DNA of 64,000 nucleotides from Oopsacas minuta. Taxonomy: Eukaryota > Animalia > Porifera. The stretch is from positions 434,001 through 498,000 of the forward strand of contig JAKMXF010000066.1 of assembly GCA_024704765.1 (NCBI GenBank), given 5' to 3'. Position 1 is the first letter of the stretch, and every line of letters starts with the position of its first letter. Positions 24,301 to 36,098 of the stretch are shown piece by piece. Under the pieces are notes generated by a model, which was not told the origin of the DNA, ran no database searches, and was given only the letters and a program-made list of their open reading frames with translations. A program made the translations under genes and the position numbers.

Positions 24301-27300
24301 TCTACGGGAGTTCTGGTACTGCAGATTTCTACTCAGAGAACGGAATACAAGTAAGCTAATCATACGAATTCACCCATATATGTTCTAAAATAAATTCAAT
24401 TCAGATTACGGAGGTCTACTGGCCACAAAATCAATCAGATGGTACATCATCTGGGCCCTTAAAGACTACAACAGATTATTTGAATCAACAAATGTTCGAT
24501 TTACTGATTAATATTCCTAAACGAGCGTATTTCAAAGCTCCATCTCTCCTCTCACACGGTTATAAGATAAGGAGACTAGCTACTGATCAATCGGTACCTG
24601 TCATTGTAGATATCAAGAGTGCTATATTATTCACTGAGTCACTCGCCTTTCTCAAGAAACAGCCTCCTCCAGTTAAGACAATGATAGATTCTATATCTAC
24701 TCATCAGATTGTCAGACTACCAGGGTTGATAGATGTACACGTGCATGCTAGAGATCCTGGTCAGACACATAAAGAGGATTTTGATTCTTGTACTTGTGCT
24801 GCTCTGGCTGGAGGTATTACCTTTATTGGTGCTATGCCGAATACTAACCCTCCTATAACTGACTTTGATATATTCTCCAACACGATAGAGGTAATATTAA
24901 TATTGAAATTCTAATTACAGTAAACTCCTGATATATCGAAACTCAAAGGATCGCGATGTTCGATATAACCGTTGAAAATTATTTTACATTAACGATTTGG
25001 GACAGTATGTGTACAATTTCGGACTTCTATATAAGCGGATATTTCGAACATATCGGTGATCGATATAACGGGATTTACTGTATATTATCCAAATTTCAAT
25101 TTCTTGTATTATATACGTATTAGGATCTGTCATTGAAAGCTAGATGCGATTTTGGCTTGTTCGTGGGAGCTACAAACACCAATATGAATGAATTATCACA
25201 TCTCCATGAGGATGCTTTTGCACTTAAAATGTATCTCAACCAAACATTCTCTACTCTCCAGCTTGATGATATGTCCGTATGGACTAACCATCTGGAGAAA
25301 TGGCCTGTTACTAAGCCTCTGTGTGTGCATGCAGAAGGACATACTATGGGAGCTATAATATTACTAGCTGAGCTCATTAACAGACCGGTACACATATGTC
25401 ATGTAGCTAGGAAGCAAGAAGTGAGTTATTACGTATATAGTACAGTGGAGTTCGCCTCCTACCAAGTCGTATTTTGTATGAATTTCCTTTGCTATTAGAA
25501 GAATTTTTTCAATACAAAATGGACTCCAGGTCTCTAATACAATTATTGGCGAATATTGCTAATAGGCGAACACCACTGAAACAGATATTTGTATTTTAAG
25601 ATTGAACTGATCAAGCGAGCCAAACAACGTAACATCCAAATTACATGTGAAGTATGTCCTCATCATTTATTCCTGTCTACTGAGGATGCTGATAGCTTAG
25701 GACTATCACAAGGAAGGAGGGAAGTTAGACCACGTCTGCAATCTAAAGCTGATCAACAAGCTCTATGGGATAATTTAGATATCATTGATTGTTTTGCTAC
25801 TGATCATGGTATGTATTGAAATCTTTATGTTCTATGTTTTCAAGTTTAATACCAATCATTTACTGTAGCTCCGCACACAATTGAGGAGAAGGATAGGGAG
25901 AATAATCCACCTCCTGGATTCCCTGGACTAGAGACTATGCTCCCTCTGCTTTTGACTGCTGTCAGTCAGGGAAGAATGACAATGAATGTAAGCTTATACA
26001 TAAATTGAAGTTATTATCGAGTGCCCTCTACATTGTTCAATACGATTGTAAATTTGACATACGTATATCAATGAATATAAATTTCAACGCATCATATGGA
26101 TCTTGATTTGGATCATTTCCACAGTACGTACAACAAAGGGAAAATACAGTGGTACCTCGTTAATACGAATTCCAATGGACGGTCATAATAGTTCGCTTTA
26201 TCCAAACTTATACGTATTAAGTTCCACTGTAATTAACAATGCTATTAATCTAGGATATAATAACTCGTCTCCACACCAACCCACTCCGTATATTCAATAT
26301 ACCTCCGCAACAAGACACTCATATAGAAGTAGATCTAGACGAAGAATGGATAATACCAGCTGCTACCAAACACAGTAAAGCAGGATGGACTCCATTCGCA
26401 GGGATGAGAGTTAAAGGAATTGTTAAGAGAGCTGTATTGAGAGGACAGACTGTATTTGTTGATGGGAAGGTAAGAAAATATTAATATAGCAATTCATATG
26501 GTGAAAGTATGTATCACTTTTTCTCACTATATCAGGTGTTATCAGAACCGGGTACGGGGAGACACTTCTTATCGAAGTCCCTGACGTCACCCAGACCCTC
26601 CTCTGGTTATCTAACTCCATCCAGACTATTTCCAAGCAAGATAGAGGATACAGAGATAATATCTGTTCCTCAACTCCCCGCAGATACTAAAGTAGCTTCT
26701 ACTATTAGTTCTTATCCTGATTTAGATTCTCCAATGCAAGGGAGTTGGACTCACAAACATGTTATTTCAGTAGACCAGTTTACAAGAGGACAGGTATACA
26801 AATAATTAAATAATTTATGACTTGTTTTCATGAGTTTGTTTGCTCATTTAGCTCCATGACTTATTCCAGTTGTCCCATGAGATGCGTCTTAAGGTACAGG
26901 GGAAAGGAGGATGTGACTTACTCAAAGGTAGGGTCCTGGGATCTGTGTTTTATGAACCTAGCACTAGGACAAGTTGTTCATTTCAGTCTGCTATGCAGAG
27001 ACTTGGAGGTACTGTTATTGACTTGAAGATGGAATCATCTTCTATTGTTAAGGGAGAATCTATTGAAGGCGAGTTTGTTTATTATCATTATTATCAATCT
27101 CATAGTTTCGAATACGGATATACCGAAATACCCGCTTATATAGAAGCATGAAATTGTACAAATATAGTTCCAAACCTTCAAAATTACTTATATTTATCGG
27201 TTTTATCGAACTCCTCTCATATTTCGGTCCCTTGAGCTTCGATATAACGTGAGTTGACTGTAATTGTTTTCCTTATAGATACAATTCAAATGCTATGTGG

Positions 27301-28055
27301 ATACTGTGACATAGTAGTGTTGAGGCATCCTGATGTAGGTGTATGTCAAAGATTGTCTAGGATAGCTACAAAACCGTTAATTAACGCAGGAGATGGTACT
27401 GGAGAACATCCTACACAAGCATTACTGGATATATTCACTATCAGAGAAGAGATAGGGACTGTGAATGGACTTACAGTGAGTTTATATATAATAATACAAT
27501 TAGAATTTAGCACAATAGAAAAGCTTCTATGGGATTTTATTGAGGATTTGACTTTTTTCACTCAATTTCTAGATTACCTTAGCTGGAGATCTCAAACACG
27601 GACGTACAGCTCATTCGCTGTCTCGCCTCTTAACTTTATATCAGGTTAGATTGCTTTACGTTTCTCCACCGGGACTTGAAATGCCTGACAGTGTTACTAA
27701 CTTCATTTCCAAACGCGGAATTCGTCAAAGCAGTTACAAATCTCTACAAGAGGTACTACCCCATACAGATGTATTGTATATGACACGAATACAAAAGGAG
27801 AGATTTACAGCGCCATCACATTACGAATCATCCGAAGGTAATCTTATTCTCACTTCTGACCTTATGATGCTAGCTAAAGAGAAAATGGTTGTGTTACATC
27901 CTCTTCCTCGTGTGGATGAAATTTCCCCTGAAGTAGATGCAGATCCTAGAGCAGTGTATTTTAGACAAGCTACATACGGGATGTATATACGTATGGCTCT
28001 ACTCGCGAAACTTTTCCCTACTCTCTCAACTACTATTGGTAGTAGTGAGCTTTAG
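15302..28055 (+). CDS. CAD: CAD trifunctional protein (GATase/CPSII-DHOase-ATCase), 34 exons
   Basis: Exons traced in phase: 15302-15383, 15437-15560, 15615-15763, 15854-15912, 16125-16205, 17886-18029, 18090-18259, 18358-18787, 18870-19001, 19060-19173, 19233-19352, 19466-19687, 19986-20174, 20473-20706, 20761-20898, 21052-21219, 21280-21362, 21418-21664, 21949-22047, 22107-22208, 22811-22933, 22994-23176, 23478-23696, 23776-24126, 24246-24350, 24405-24890, 25124-25420, 25601-25808, 25869-25987, 26254-26469, 26536-26793, 26852-27068, 27279-27475, 27573-28055. Catalytic motifs [41 protein letters not shown] and HPLPR are all present. Confidence 0.97.
15936..16074 (+). mobile_element. MITE family A copy in CAD intron 4
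   Basis: cagtcaactccccttatatcgaagc...gtacaatttcagacttcgatataagcggg. Confidence 0.7.
16289..17728 (+). CDS. Single-exon 479-aa coiled-coil/low-complexity protein nested on the same strand in CAD intron 5; N-terminus FAM186-like (tentative)
   Basis: Uninterrupted 1440-nt ORF (ccaaaaATG at 16289) between the CAD donor at 16206 and the acceptor at 17885. Helical N-terminal region [19 protein letters not shown]...[11 protein letters not shown]...[13 protein letters not shown] resembles the FAM186A N-terminus as recalled. Confidence 0.7.
   Translation: MFEIDSVDEDNPKVQGKLQDITERMSLLLTSYEGPSDKLSQRLALKREKKNNQVKAEIFDILTDFDQIVDERDDLLSSIESWFDGSSRLMQGVNTDGNAEEAWKMIENEMKKLFGVLQAYKNSSKDVSALERRLLEVVFKDTADIGELEKVRNKISFNSFRKKTKSKLNSRVKKNTRLESVEEIKSELSITSLSKAKKDSSNLPAKLCPVEIQTNLLNDSQKTNGNVVMKCVNKEQVKPHKNKNRINVAIQTDDFECEPNFSNEKIIAECLPDSIDAIQSISCLQDSLVEIIDQSDTSINTNNMNFSITDALKNELEFLSYKPKRNHLTIRKNTTSTPTKQANISTPTKQANTSANSPFIHLKNSPVLSPITSKPILSNKRDTNNFSPKFPNLSFIQKEQLKHDNIELYLSKSNRRSPVMDHRLFTPISEYPSKKNSSTIRTLGSVRMDRAMPTHIFKQDDQVKKWGSSLVDFMKDMCI
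17291..17349 (+). repeat. 27-bp in-frame tandem duplication ([18 protein letters not shown]) inside the nested ORF
   Basis: acatctacaccaactaaacaagcaaat followed by atatctacaccaacaaaacaagcaaat and acatc. Confidence 0.85.
19815..19969 (+). mobile_element. MITE family C copy in CAD intron 12
   Basis: TA-cagtcaaacctc...gaggttacactg-TA terminal inverted repeat. Confidence 0.65.
21758..21922 (+). mobile_element. MITE family B copy in CAD intron 18
   Basis: tacagtgaagttcgc...cgaatttcccttgctattag...ggcgaattgctaatatgcgaa. Confidence 0.65.
24916..25082 (+). mobile_element. MITE family A, full copy with TA target-site duplication, CAD intron 26
   Basis: TA-cagtaaactcctgatatatcgaa ... tcgatataacgggatttactg-TA. 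Confidence 0.85.
25441..25578 (+). mobile_element. MITE family B, full copy, CAD intron 27
   Basis: tacagtggagttcgcct ... aggcgaacaccactg terminal inverted repeat. Confidence 0.8.
26145..26231 (+). mobile_element. MITE family C copy, CAD intron 29
   Basis: TA-cagtggtacctcgttaatacg ... cgtattaagttccactg-TA; related to the copy at 60360-60436. Confidence 0.7.
27069..27278 (+). other. Non-canonical GC-AG intron in CAD (ATCase domain); contains a family A MITE remnant at 27107-27262
   Basis: GAA G|gcgagt ... ttatag|AT ACA restores [17 protein letters not shown]; no in-phase GT alternative seen. Confidence 0.85.
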
Positions 28056-28261
28056 TTGATTAACTAGCAATATTTCTAACAAAAATTAGGAATATAGCAA
28101 TTTTATGCAAATAGTAACAATTTTAGGAAATTGGAATAATAAATTTTGATATTTTATTCCTGGTTTATTATTTCTGTGTTTGTTATGTTGATAAAACGGT
28201 TATTTGAAGATAATGTTGTAGGGGTTATAAACTCATTGATAGAGTCTCTCTGTCAATATAT

Positions 28262-28314
28262 TACAGTGTAACCTCCACACACGCCAATTCCTCGTTTGTG
28301 GAGGTTTCCCTGTA
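28262..28314 (+). mobile_element. Minimal 49-bp MITE (family C-like) with TA duplication
   Basis: TA-cagtgtaacctccac-(spacer)-gtggaggtttccctg-TA, 13/15 inverted match. Confidence 0.7.
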
Positions 28315-29225
28315 TTCGTTTAAAAATAGGATAAATTGGATAATTATTGCTAATCTATGCTATGAAATAAAATTTTCAGAGAAATATAAGATACTACCGG
28401 TTAATTAGTAAATTTATAAATGATTCCTCTACACTAATATTCGGGGCTATTACTTGATTTGTTATTCTATCCTGATAACATCAATTTGAAGGGGATTGCA
28501 TGCGTGTAAGGTAGATAGCATTAATTATGCTAAATTAATGGCAAATTGTATCAGATATGATTTCATTTTTATTATAATAAATAGGATATTATTACATTGT
28601 GGTTGATTCCTTAAACAGATCAATTTTAGATAAATGTATTAGCTAATACAACACATGAGGCCGATGATTATCAAATATATCCTCTTATTTGTTATGAAGT
28701 AATTCTCCATAAGTGCTTATTGATTATTGTTGTTAATTATTTGAGAATGTCTAATTCATCGGTTTCCAGGTTGGAATTGCTGATCTAAATGCTTAAAATT
28801 GAAACTATATTATAACAGTCCCTACAATTGCTTTAGAGATAAAGTTTAGAATCACTCATTCTCTACAAGCACACATAACTTACAACCGTGTAAAGGTCTC
28901 GTGTAGTCCCATGACTTTAGCCACGAATTTCTTTGTGTATACATCAATACTAATAGAATACAATTGTAGAATCATACAGAAATATCATGAGGATATAATT
29001 CAGAAGAAATATGGCCTCTGAATTATAGAAATATGATATTTAACACAATATAATGCTATTATGTATATATGTATGCATACAATAAATGGTGAGAGTCAAA
29101 TATTGGACATAATTGGAATACTCTATACCTAGCCACGAATAATGAATGCCAATTGTGAGTAGTATAAATAGGTTGCTCTGTTAGTGGGTTTATAACGAAT
29201 CTCTTAAATTTTATTAATTTGTAAA

Positions 29226-32200
29226 ATGACTACTAATGAAGATATTCAGGATCAGAAAATCAATCGAATCCTTGCTGATAATTGTGGATATGAAAGTGTG
29301 AATGAATGGATTTTAGGTATGGGACTTGGACAGTATTACGATCTGTTCATTGAGAATGGTTATGATAGTTTCAGAATATGTTCAGAGATTCAGAAGATCG
29401 ATATTGAGACGATTGGTATTCGTAATCAATTTCATGCAAGTATTCTTATTAAAGGGGTTGCTAAAATGAATAATCCAAAATCTCAATCTGTTTACCATCG
29501 TTTATCGGTTTGTACTCCTGACGACAATGAAAATAAAAGTATTGCCAGTGAGCTGAATATTACTCCACCCACACAGACTGAACACAAATTAACAAATGGT
29601 TGTGATCCTTCTAAACTAACTGAGGACTTTTATAAGAAGAAACCAAGTCTTCTAGAGAAGAGATCAGTTCGTACCCTGCTAGTACAACTTAAAATAGATT
29701 TGTCAGAACCGATCTATGAAGAAAATGTAAGTTTTTGATTTCTTATTTTATTTTAATGATTTTATCATTGAATTTATTTGTCCCATTCATTTTAACTCTC
29801 ATGGGTATATTTAATAGGAAATCACATATTGACACACTCAGTGATTATAGTTTATTGTATTTCATACTTATCGATTTATTCCGGTTTTATTATAGTAAGA
29901 AAAAACCGATTTCTAGTGTCCATTTTTTCAATTCATACCTGTATATGACTGCTATCTACGGAATAGTCAAAATAATCAGAGCAATTTTGATGTTGTGAAT
30001 TCATAGTTTCCCTTGACAGTTTTCACTTATCACTTTATGGATTAATTTATAATTCATAAATATATGACGAATACATAGTCAACACCCGTTATATCGAAGC
30101 TCAAGGGACTGCGATAATTACTTCGATCTAACGGATGTATTCTATGTTACTTTGACGGGTTGGGGCCAGATTTGTACAATTTTAGACTTAGTTAAAAGCT
30201 GGTATCTCGATATTACGGGTATTGACTGCTTGTAAACATATTTAATGGTAAAATTGGCAGTGAGTGCCAATTTGTCCAAATTATTCATTTCCTATAATTT
30301 ACCTTGAACTTGTAATGGCGTCTGTATACAATGATATTTGTAATACTTAATATTGTTACCAATCATTCTTAGTAGATTTATTGAGATTATTCAGTTTCTT
30401 CAGTTGCTAACATTTTAAGTATAGTATGACTGTGTAATATTATCCTTACAAGTAATACAGTACAATCAATTTCTAAGAAATATTGTTGAACTCTCACGTG
30501 TTTAAGATTTTATTTATCAATAAGATGAGTTTCTCTATTATTTAAATGTAAAGAGGACTGCACCATCTGTGTATTTAAGGGAAAGTTATGAAATACCAAG
30601 ATTAGTAAGATTTGTCAAACTAGCTTAAAATGGCATAAATCTTATTTTAGCTTATATAAACTACAGAGAACTCAGTTAGTAGGTACTCGGCTTAAGACGT
30701 ACTCTCGGTAGATATTGATACACACTATCCTAATTGTATCTAAATTTACAGATTGGAGCGATAAGCAAAGCCAGTAATATCTATTATTAATACACATGTA
30801 TATGTGTTCCACCAGGATACCCAACCTAACCCGGTTACATAACCGGCGTCTCATAACGGCATTGAGGTTGGGTATCCAGGAGGAACATATATTATACCAT
30901 ATGACTTCACTGTATTCGTATATTAATAAACGTATGTTTAGTCTCGTTCTTTGGATGGACTCGCTGAACAGATCAGTCAACAGCTTACTATGGAGGAATT
31001 ATCTGTATACGATATTCTATGTTTGTTGAGGAGGATGGCTGTAGATAATAATTCTCCTAGACCCAATAAACTACCTATACAATTACCTAATAATGTTATA
31101 CCTAATGGAGACCCCACTTCTGTCTCTTCACCTGGGGAAAATGTGTTCTCAAGTCCGGACAGTTTTACTCCTCTCAGTCCAGACCCCGTAACTACGAACA
31201 TTCAATCGGTATGTTAATACAGTGGAGTTGACCCATTAACGAATCGTATTTTCCACGAATTTCCCTGCTGGTACTAAGTCCCTTAGGCGAATTGTTAATG
31301 AGTAAACATCACTATAATGCAATAATTATTCCATTTTCCAAATTTGATACACCAATCACCCTTGACGAATATATTTCTATTCATTTGAACTATTCCCATA
31401 TTCACATATAACTGATGCCATTCCATCTCTATCATATCTCAATTAGAACATTAACGACATGAAACATTCCTTTTCAACTTTGTTGAATCCTTGAATTCTA
31501 AATTGTTTATTAATAATAAACTTATCTAGTTTGACTTCTGCAAGGAATCTCCGATTATTTGTTGTTTGTTTCTTTTAGAAACCCCCCAAACCTCCTAGAT
31601 TATTCACAAATCCAGAAGATAAGTCCTTGGTAAGTTTTCACTATTCACGAATCATACCCAATTTGAAGCAGTAAGGAATGGAATTGGTTTCTAATTACAA
31701 CTTGCATTACTTCCAAAAACAAAGATTGTGATTTAATTATGTTAATTGTTTGTTTGACATTATAGCCATATAATTGGCTATTGTAGATTTTGGGATTAGT
31801 TGGTGGTCACTAATTGATATTTACCGAATGTCTTTGATTCCTCTCGCAGATTCCGCTTGCAAATGGAGAATCTTCACTCCCCATTAGTAACAGTATTTCC
31901 TCTAACTCTGTATCTGTAACGGATGTAGCTGCTGGGTGTCCTTATGATATATTACGTGCAGATAGTGTTGAGCCTCAGATTGTATCTACCAGTAATGTGA
32001 GTTGACTTAATTGTAATGGAGTCAGCAAGAAACACGTTGATAAACGACTAGATAATTATTTGATAAATTGTATTATTTCATATATAGCAGATTCATACTG
32101 CAAACAACTATTCCAAACATTCCCTGTACCCATTCCAACATATATCTCCATTCCATATATCTATATCACTACTACAATATATCATGTGTATATAGGTTAA

Positions 32201-35200
32201 ATCTCCAGCCAAAAAGACCACTACCAAACATGAAGATCCTCTCACTCCCCCTCCACCGCCACCTCCTGCTTCTAACGCTGTAATAGAAGAAGCTCTGTAT
32301 ATTGAACTAGATGGTAGTATTATTACTGAGAATAATATTGGATCTACTCCCAAAGTCAAGCAATTTACAAATAACATATTTAAGAAATCGTTAGTTGACT
32401 CAATTCTAGATAAACTGGTAATACTGAATCTTAAATATATTTTGCATGTATCTTCTTCTAGGAAATCTCATCCCAAAAAGGTCCAAGGTAAATACCCCGA
32501 GTATAAATATAACTTACAATGAATATAGCTGTGTAATAGAGTGTAGTGTGTTAGATGGACTGATAGCTTGACCATGAATTCATTGTATGACCGTTAAATA
32601 TTAGAGAAATTCTCCCACCACTCCACTCGCTTACCGTGATTGCATTGCTTACTAAGTATTTGCATAATTATAGTTACAATATTTACTCTAGATGATCAGA
32701 ACTTATTTAAGAAGCCTCCTAACCAACCTCCACCTCCGCCACCTGCTAGTTCAACACAAGGTTGTTATTATTTACTATCTAAAAATGCTCTGTTTACAAA
32801 CTTGTTATTTATTTTACTATAGAAACAGATCCTCTGAGTAAAGTTAAGACAAGCAAGGCATACAAACGAGATACCAAAGATGATACAGATATTAACGGTT
32901 CAACAACAGTTAACGAAGCTAAGGTATGGCTGAAAAATGTTTCAAATGTGCAGGGGGGGTCTACAGACTAGACTATATTAATGACGTAATTTTTTATATT
33001 TTTTTCAAAATATTTATAATTCAAAACTCATCTATCAGTATATTTCTATAGTCTAAGAAGCAATCTGGTTTCTTTAAGAAAAGCACGAAGCCTAAAACAG
33101 ATTCCAAAGGGAGACATAAGAAATCTAAAGACGAATCTGACTTGATTTCCAATATGAGGGTTAGCTATTATAGAATTTATTGGATATTTATTCGTAGCAA
33201 CTAGCAACATACCGAAATACTAATCCCAAATAAACTTATTTTTGGAATTTTCCCCATTATCGTTACTACTATTTTATCTTATTGCATTCTCAAGGTAGTT
33301 GAAGAAGTAGGATCACTTAAACGTTTGTCAAAGAATCTCTCTAAATCTTCTGGTATGATATTTATGCGGTACTATTGTAGGGGTCGTGTGAGATTGTTAT
33401 ATAACAAATCAAGTTCAATGTACTAGTCATCCAAATATGTGATTATTCAATATCTATGTTTGTCTAGATAATCTTCTTGCTCCCACAATTAGTGAAGATC
33501 TTAATTGTAGTGAAGAGGTAATTACTCATTATTATTCTTTGTAACATTTGGATACATGCTTACAATTATGAATTAAATTTGAATATTTATCACAGGATAA
33601 TAACTGGAGTGGTAAACAAATTAAACAACAAGGATTTGCAAGGTTCTCTCCTGAAGCTACAAGTGAGTTTCAAAGGAAGCTTTTGTCTAGCTCGGATCAT
33701 CAGGTATATTAGAAAATATGATACTTTCTATTATTCATGCATTTATGTTGGTTTAATTAGTTTACGAAAATTATTCAAGTCGATGTAGACGAATCATCAA
33801 ATCCTATGAGATCACTCCCACCCAATCCTATCCCCAGGAGACGTAACAGTCCTGATGAGATATTTACACAACCTAGCAACGACATTCCAAAGACCCAACA
33901 ACCAATTGAAGTACATACCTTACCTCGTAACCAAGGCTCTGAAAACAAAGCTCAACCTCCAAAGAAACCAAAGAGGAATATCAGTGCAGATATTTTGTAT
34001 GACAACGTTGAACAAGCAATACCTAATCCTGGTTAGAAATTTGAATTTTTTTGTTTTTTGGAAAAATGTGTGTTATCATAATAAGTTTTGCAGTGCCTAG
34101 AGTAAGAAAGTTAGATTCGCCTCCTCTTACAAAGAAGTTTGATCTCCCTCCTATAACATTCCCACAGCGAGCTTCCAGCATATCCTCACGACCACAAATG
34201 AAAATATCCAACGATATGAAACAGCCACAAGCTGGTAAGGATACGAGCAGTATAGCTAGAAATAAACCTGAAGTTCCAAAGGGGAAGAAGCCTATCTTGA
34301 AATCTAAACCTGTATTAGATGGATCACAGATCAAGAGGTTAGTATTAATTCTCATGAAATGTATTTGGTAATTATGCTAAAAATGTTTCGATATATCCGT
34401 ATTCGATATAACGGGAGTTGACTGCTAGTGTAATGCCAGCTCTGATGACGCTTGTTTGCTCTATAGAAATGATTCCTATACGTAACACATTCTTATAGGG
34501 AAAAGGTGTCAAGGGAGCCTCAACCACGTGATAATCAACTAAAACAAGAAAATGTCATAACTCGTATGACCAGTCCTTTAACTGCTCCTCCCCTCCCGAC
34601 TACAAAAAGACCGGCCACACCCTCAAACTCTAATCAGCCACCTGAAACTCCCCCTATTCACTCAATCCCCTCAATGAAACCAATAGCTCACGTCAGGCCT
34701 ACGAAACCTCCGATAATAACTCGCCCCTCAGCGACCAGCTCTAACCCTATAGCAGAACCTAGAAATATAGATAACTGGAAGAAAATAGAAGATAAGATAA
34801 CTTCTATACTTATAGAGGAGGATTTCTTAGATTATCTGGTTACACATTATACTGGAGAGGTACTTATGATAATATAAAGTGTATTCTTGTAATTTCATTA
34901 TTTATAAATTATAGAATGGAGAAAGTGATATTACTCCTGGATTAGTGTGTCGGCTTGCTAATGAGACTTCATTTGCTATACATCACATCGCCTCTGCACT
35001 GGATAATATTCGTATACAAAGACTAACAGAATTGGGAAGGAATGCTGTAAGTACTAGAATTATCGAACAATTTGGTATAATTTCCAGGGGATACAATACA
35101 GACAACTCTCCGTTATATCGAAGGTCAAACCGCGGAGTTCGTTATAACCGATATGTTACTCTGACGGTTTGGGACCGTATTTGCACAATTTAAGACTTAG

Positions 35201-35529
35201 CGGGTATTTCAATATAACGGAAGTTGACTGTATAGCCTCTTTGTCTTAAAGTTCATCACAGTAATATTATATGGTATACACATTTATATTATACATAATA
35301 GATTCCTATCTCACTCGCCGAATTCGATGAAATAGAAACACCTACACACATCGACAACATATCAACTTGGCTAACAAGTATTGGACTACCAAACTACATA
35401 GAAGTATTCTATGAAAACATTAAAGAAGCTAAAGAGATTAAAAATCTGGATGCAGATGACCTCAGTGAATTCTGTGTAAGTACAAAACATAGAGGCTGTC
35501 TCCTCCATGCAATAGATTTGCTACAATAA
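29226..35529 (+). CDS. Two-SAM-domain proline-rich adaptor protein (N-terminus SAMD5/SASH1-like), 17 exons, about 948 aa
   Basis: Exons 29226-29726, 30942-31208, 31579-31629, 31850-31996, 32196-32389, 32462-32487, 32692-32760, 32823-32923, 33052-33159, 33295-33352, 33468-33517, 33596-33662, 33789-34031, 34094-34337, 34499-34859, 34915-35046, 35302-35529 join in one frame (2847 nt). SAM1 VNEWILGMGLGQYYDLFIENGYD; SAM2 ISTWLTSIGLPNYIEVF. Confidence 0.75.
30075..30228 (+). mobile_element. MITE family A copy in SAM-gene intron 1
   Basis: tagtcaacacccgttatatcgaagctcaaggg ... tcgatattacgggtattgactg. Confidence 0.75.
31218..31314 (+). mobile_element. MITE family B, short copy, SAM-gene intron 2
   Basis: tacagtggagttgaccc...cgaatttccctg...ggcgaattgttaatgagtaaacatcacta. 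Confidence 0.6.
35097..35232 (+). mobile_element. MITE family A, full copy, last intron of the SAM gene
   Basis: TA-cagacaactctccgttatatcgaa ... aatataacggaagttgactg-TA. Confidence 0.8.
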
Positions 35530-35859
35530 CTTAATATCCCTCCTCTGGAAATATATTTTACAACCACAAATCAGTAACTGAAACAAATATTTATATCGGT
35601 TCTCTATGTGTGTTGTGTTAACACATAAAATTGAATTGGATATCTTGAAATGGTTTTGTTTCGCTTTTTATGAATATTTGTATATTTTGTTTGTTTATTT
35701 GTTGTTTGCTGGATCAGTCTCTAGTTGTGTATTAAATTAATATTGCTGTGAATGTATGTATGTGCTAGAAATTATATTTCTACGTATTGTGAGAAGAATT
35801 TGTTAGGAAAAGACTCCAAATACCACACAACTGCCAACCGACATTTTTAATTAATAAAT

Positions 35860-36029
35860 TACAGTAAACTACAGTTATATCTAATACGGATATTTCGAAA
35901 TATCCTCTTCTAGCGAAGTCTTAAATTGTACAAATAAGGTCCCAAACCGTCAAAGTAACATCATTAATCAGTTATATCGAAAGAATTATCGCGGTCCCTT
36001 GAGCTTCGATATAACGTGAGTTGACTGTA
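35860..36029 (-). mobile_element. MITE family A, full copy in the convergent spacer between the SAM gene and TRMT1
   Basis: TA-cagtaaactacagttatatc ... ttcgatataacgtgagttgactg-TA; internal motif present in reverse orientation. Confidence 0.8.
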
Positions 36030-36098
36030 AAAAGAATTGTGTAACAATATTAGAATATTTCATTGATAAAGCTTCTATTGTGTGTATTATAATTGCTA

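Noticed and set aside
13006-28055. DNPH1 near CAD as a nucleotide-metabolism cluster
   Set aside because: Opposite strands, separated by an unrelated gene; adjacency is likely coincidental
29735-31029. ORFs 29735-29998, 30672-30980 and 30796-31029 in SAM-gene intron 1
   Set aside because: Low-complexity AT-driven translations with non-ATG or weak starts and no domains
32091-32127. Possible extra exon in the SAM gene
   Set aside because: Phase incompatible with the next exon; exon 31850-31996 joins 32196 directly
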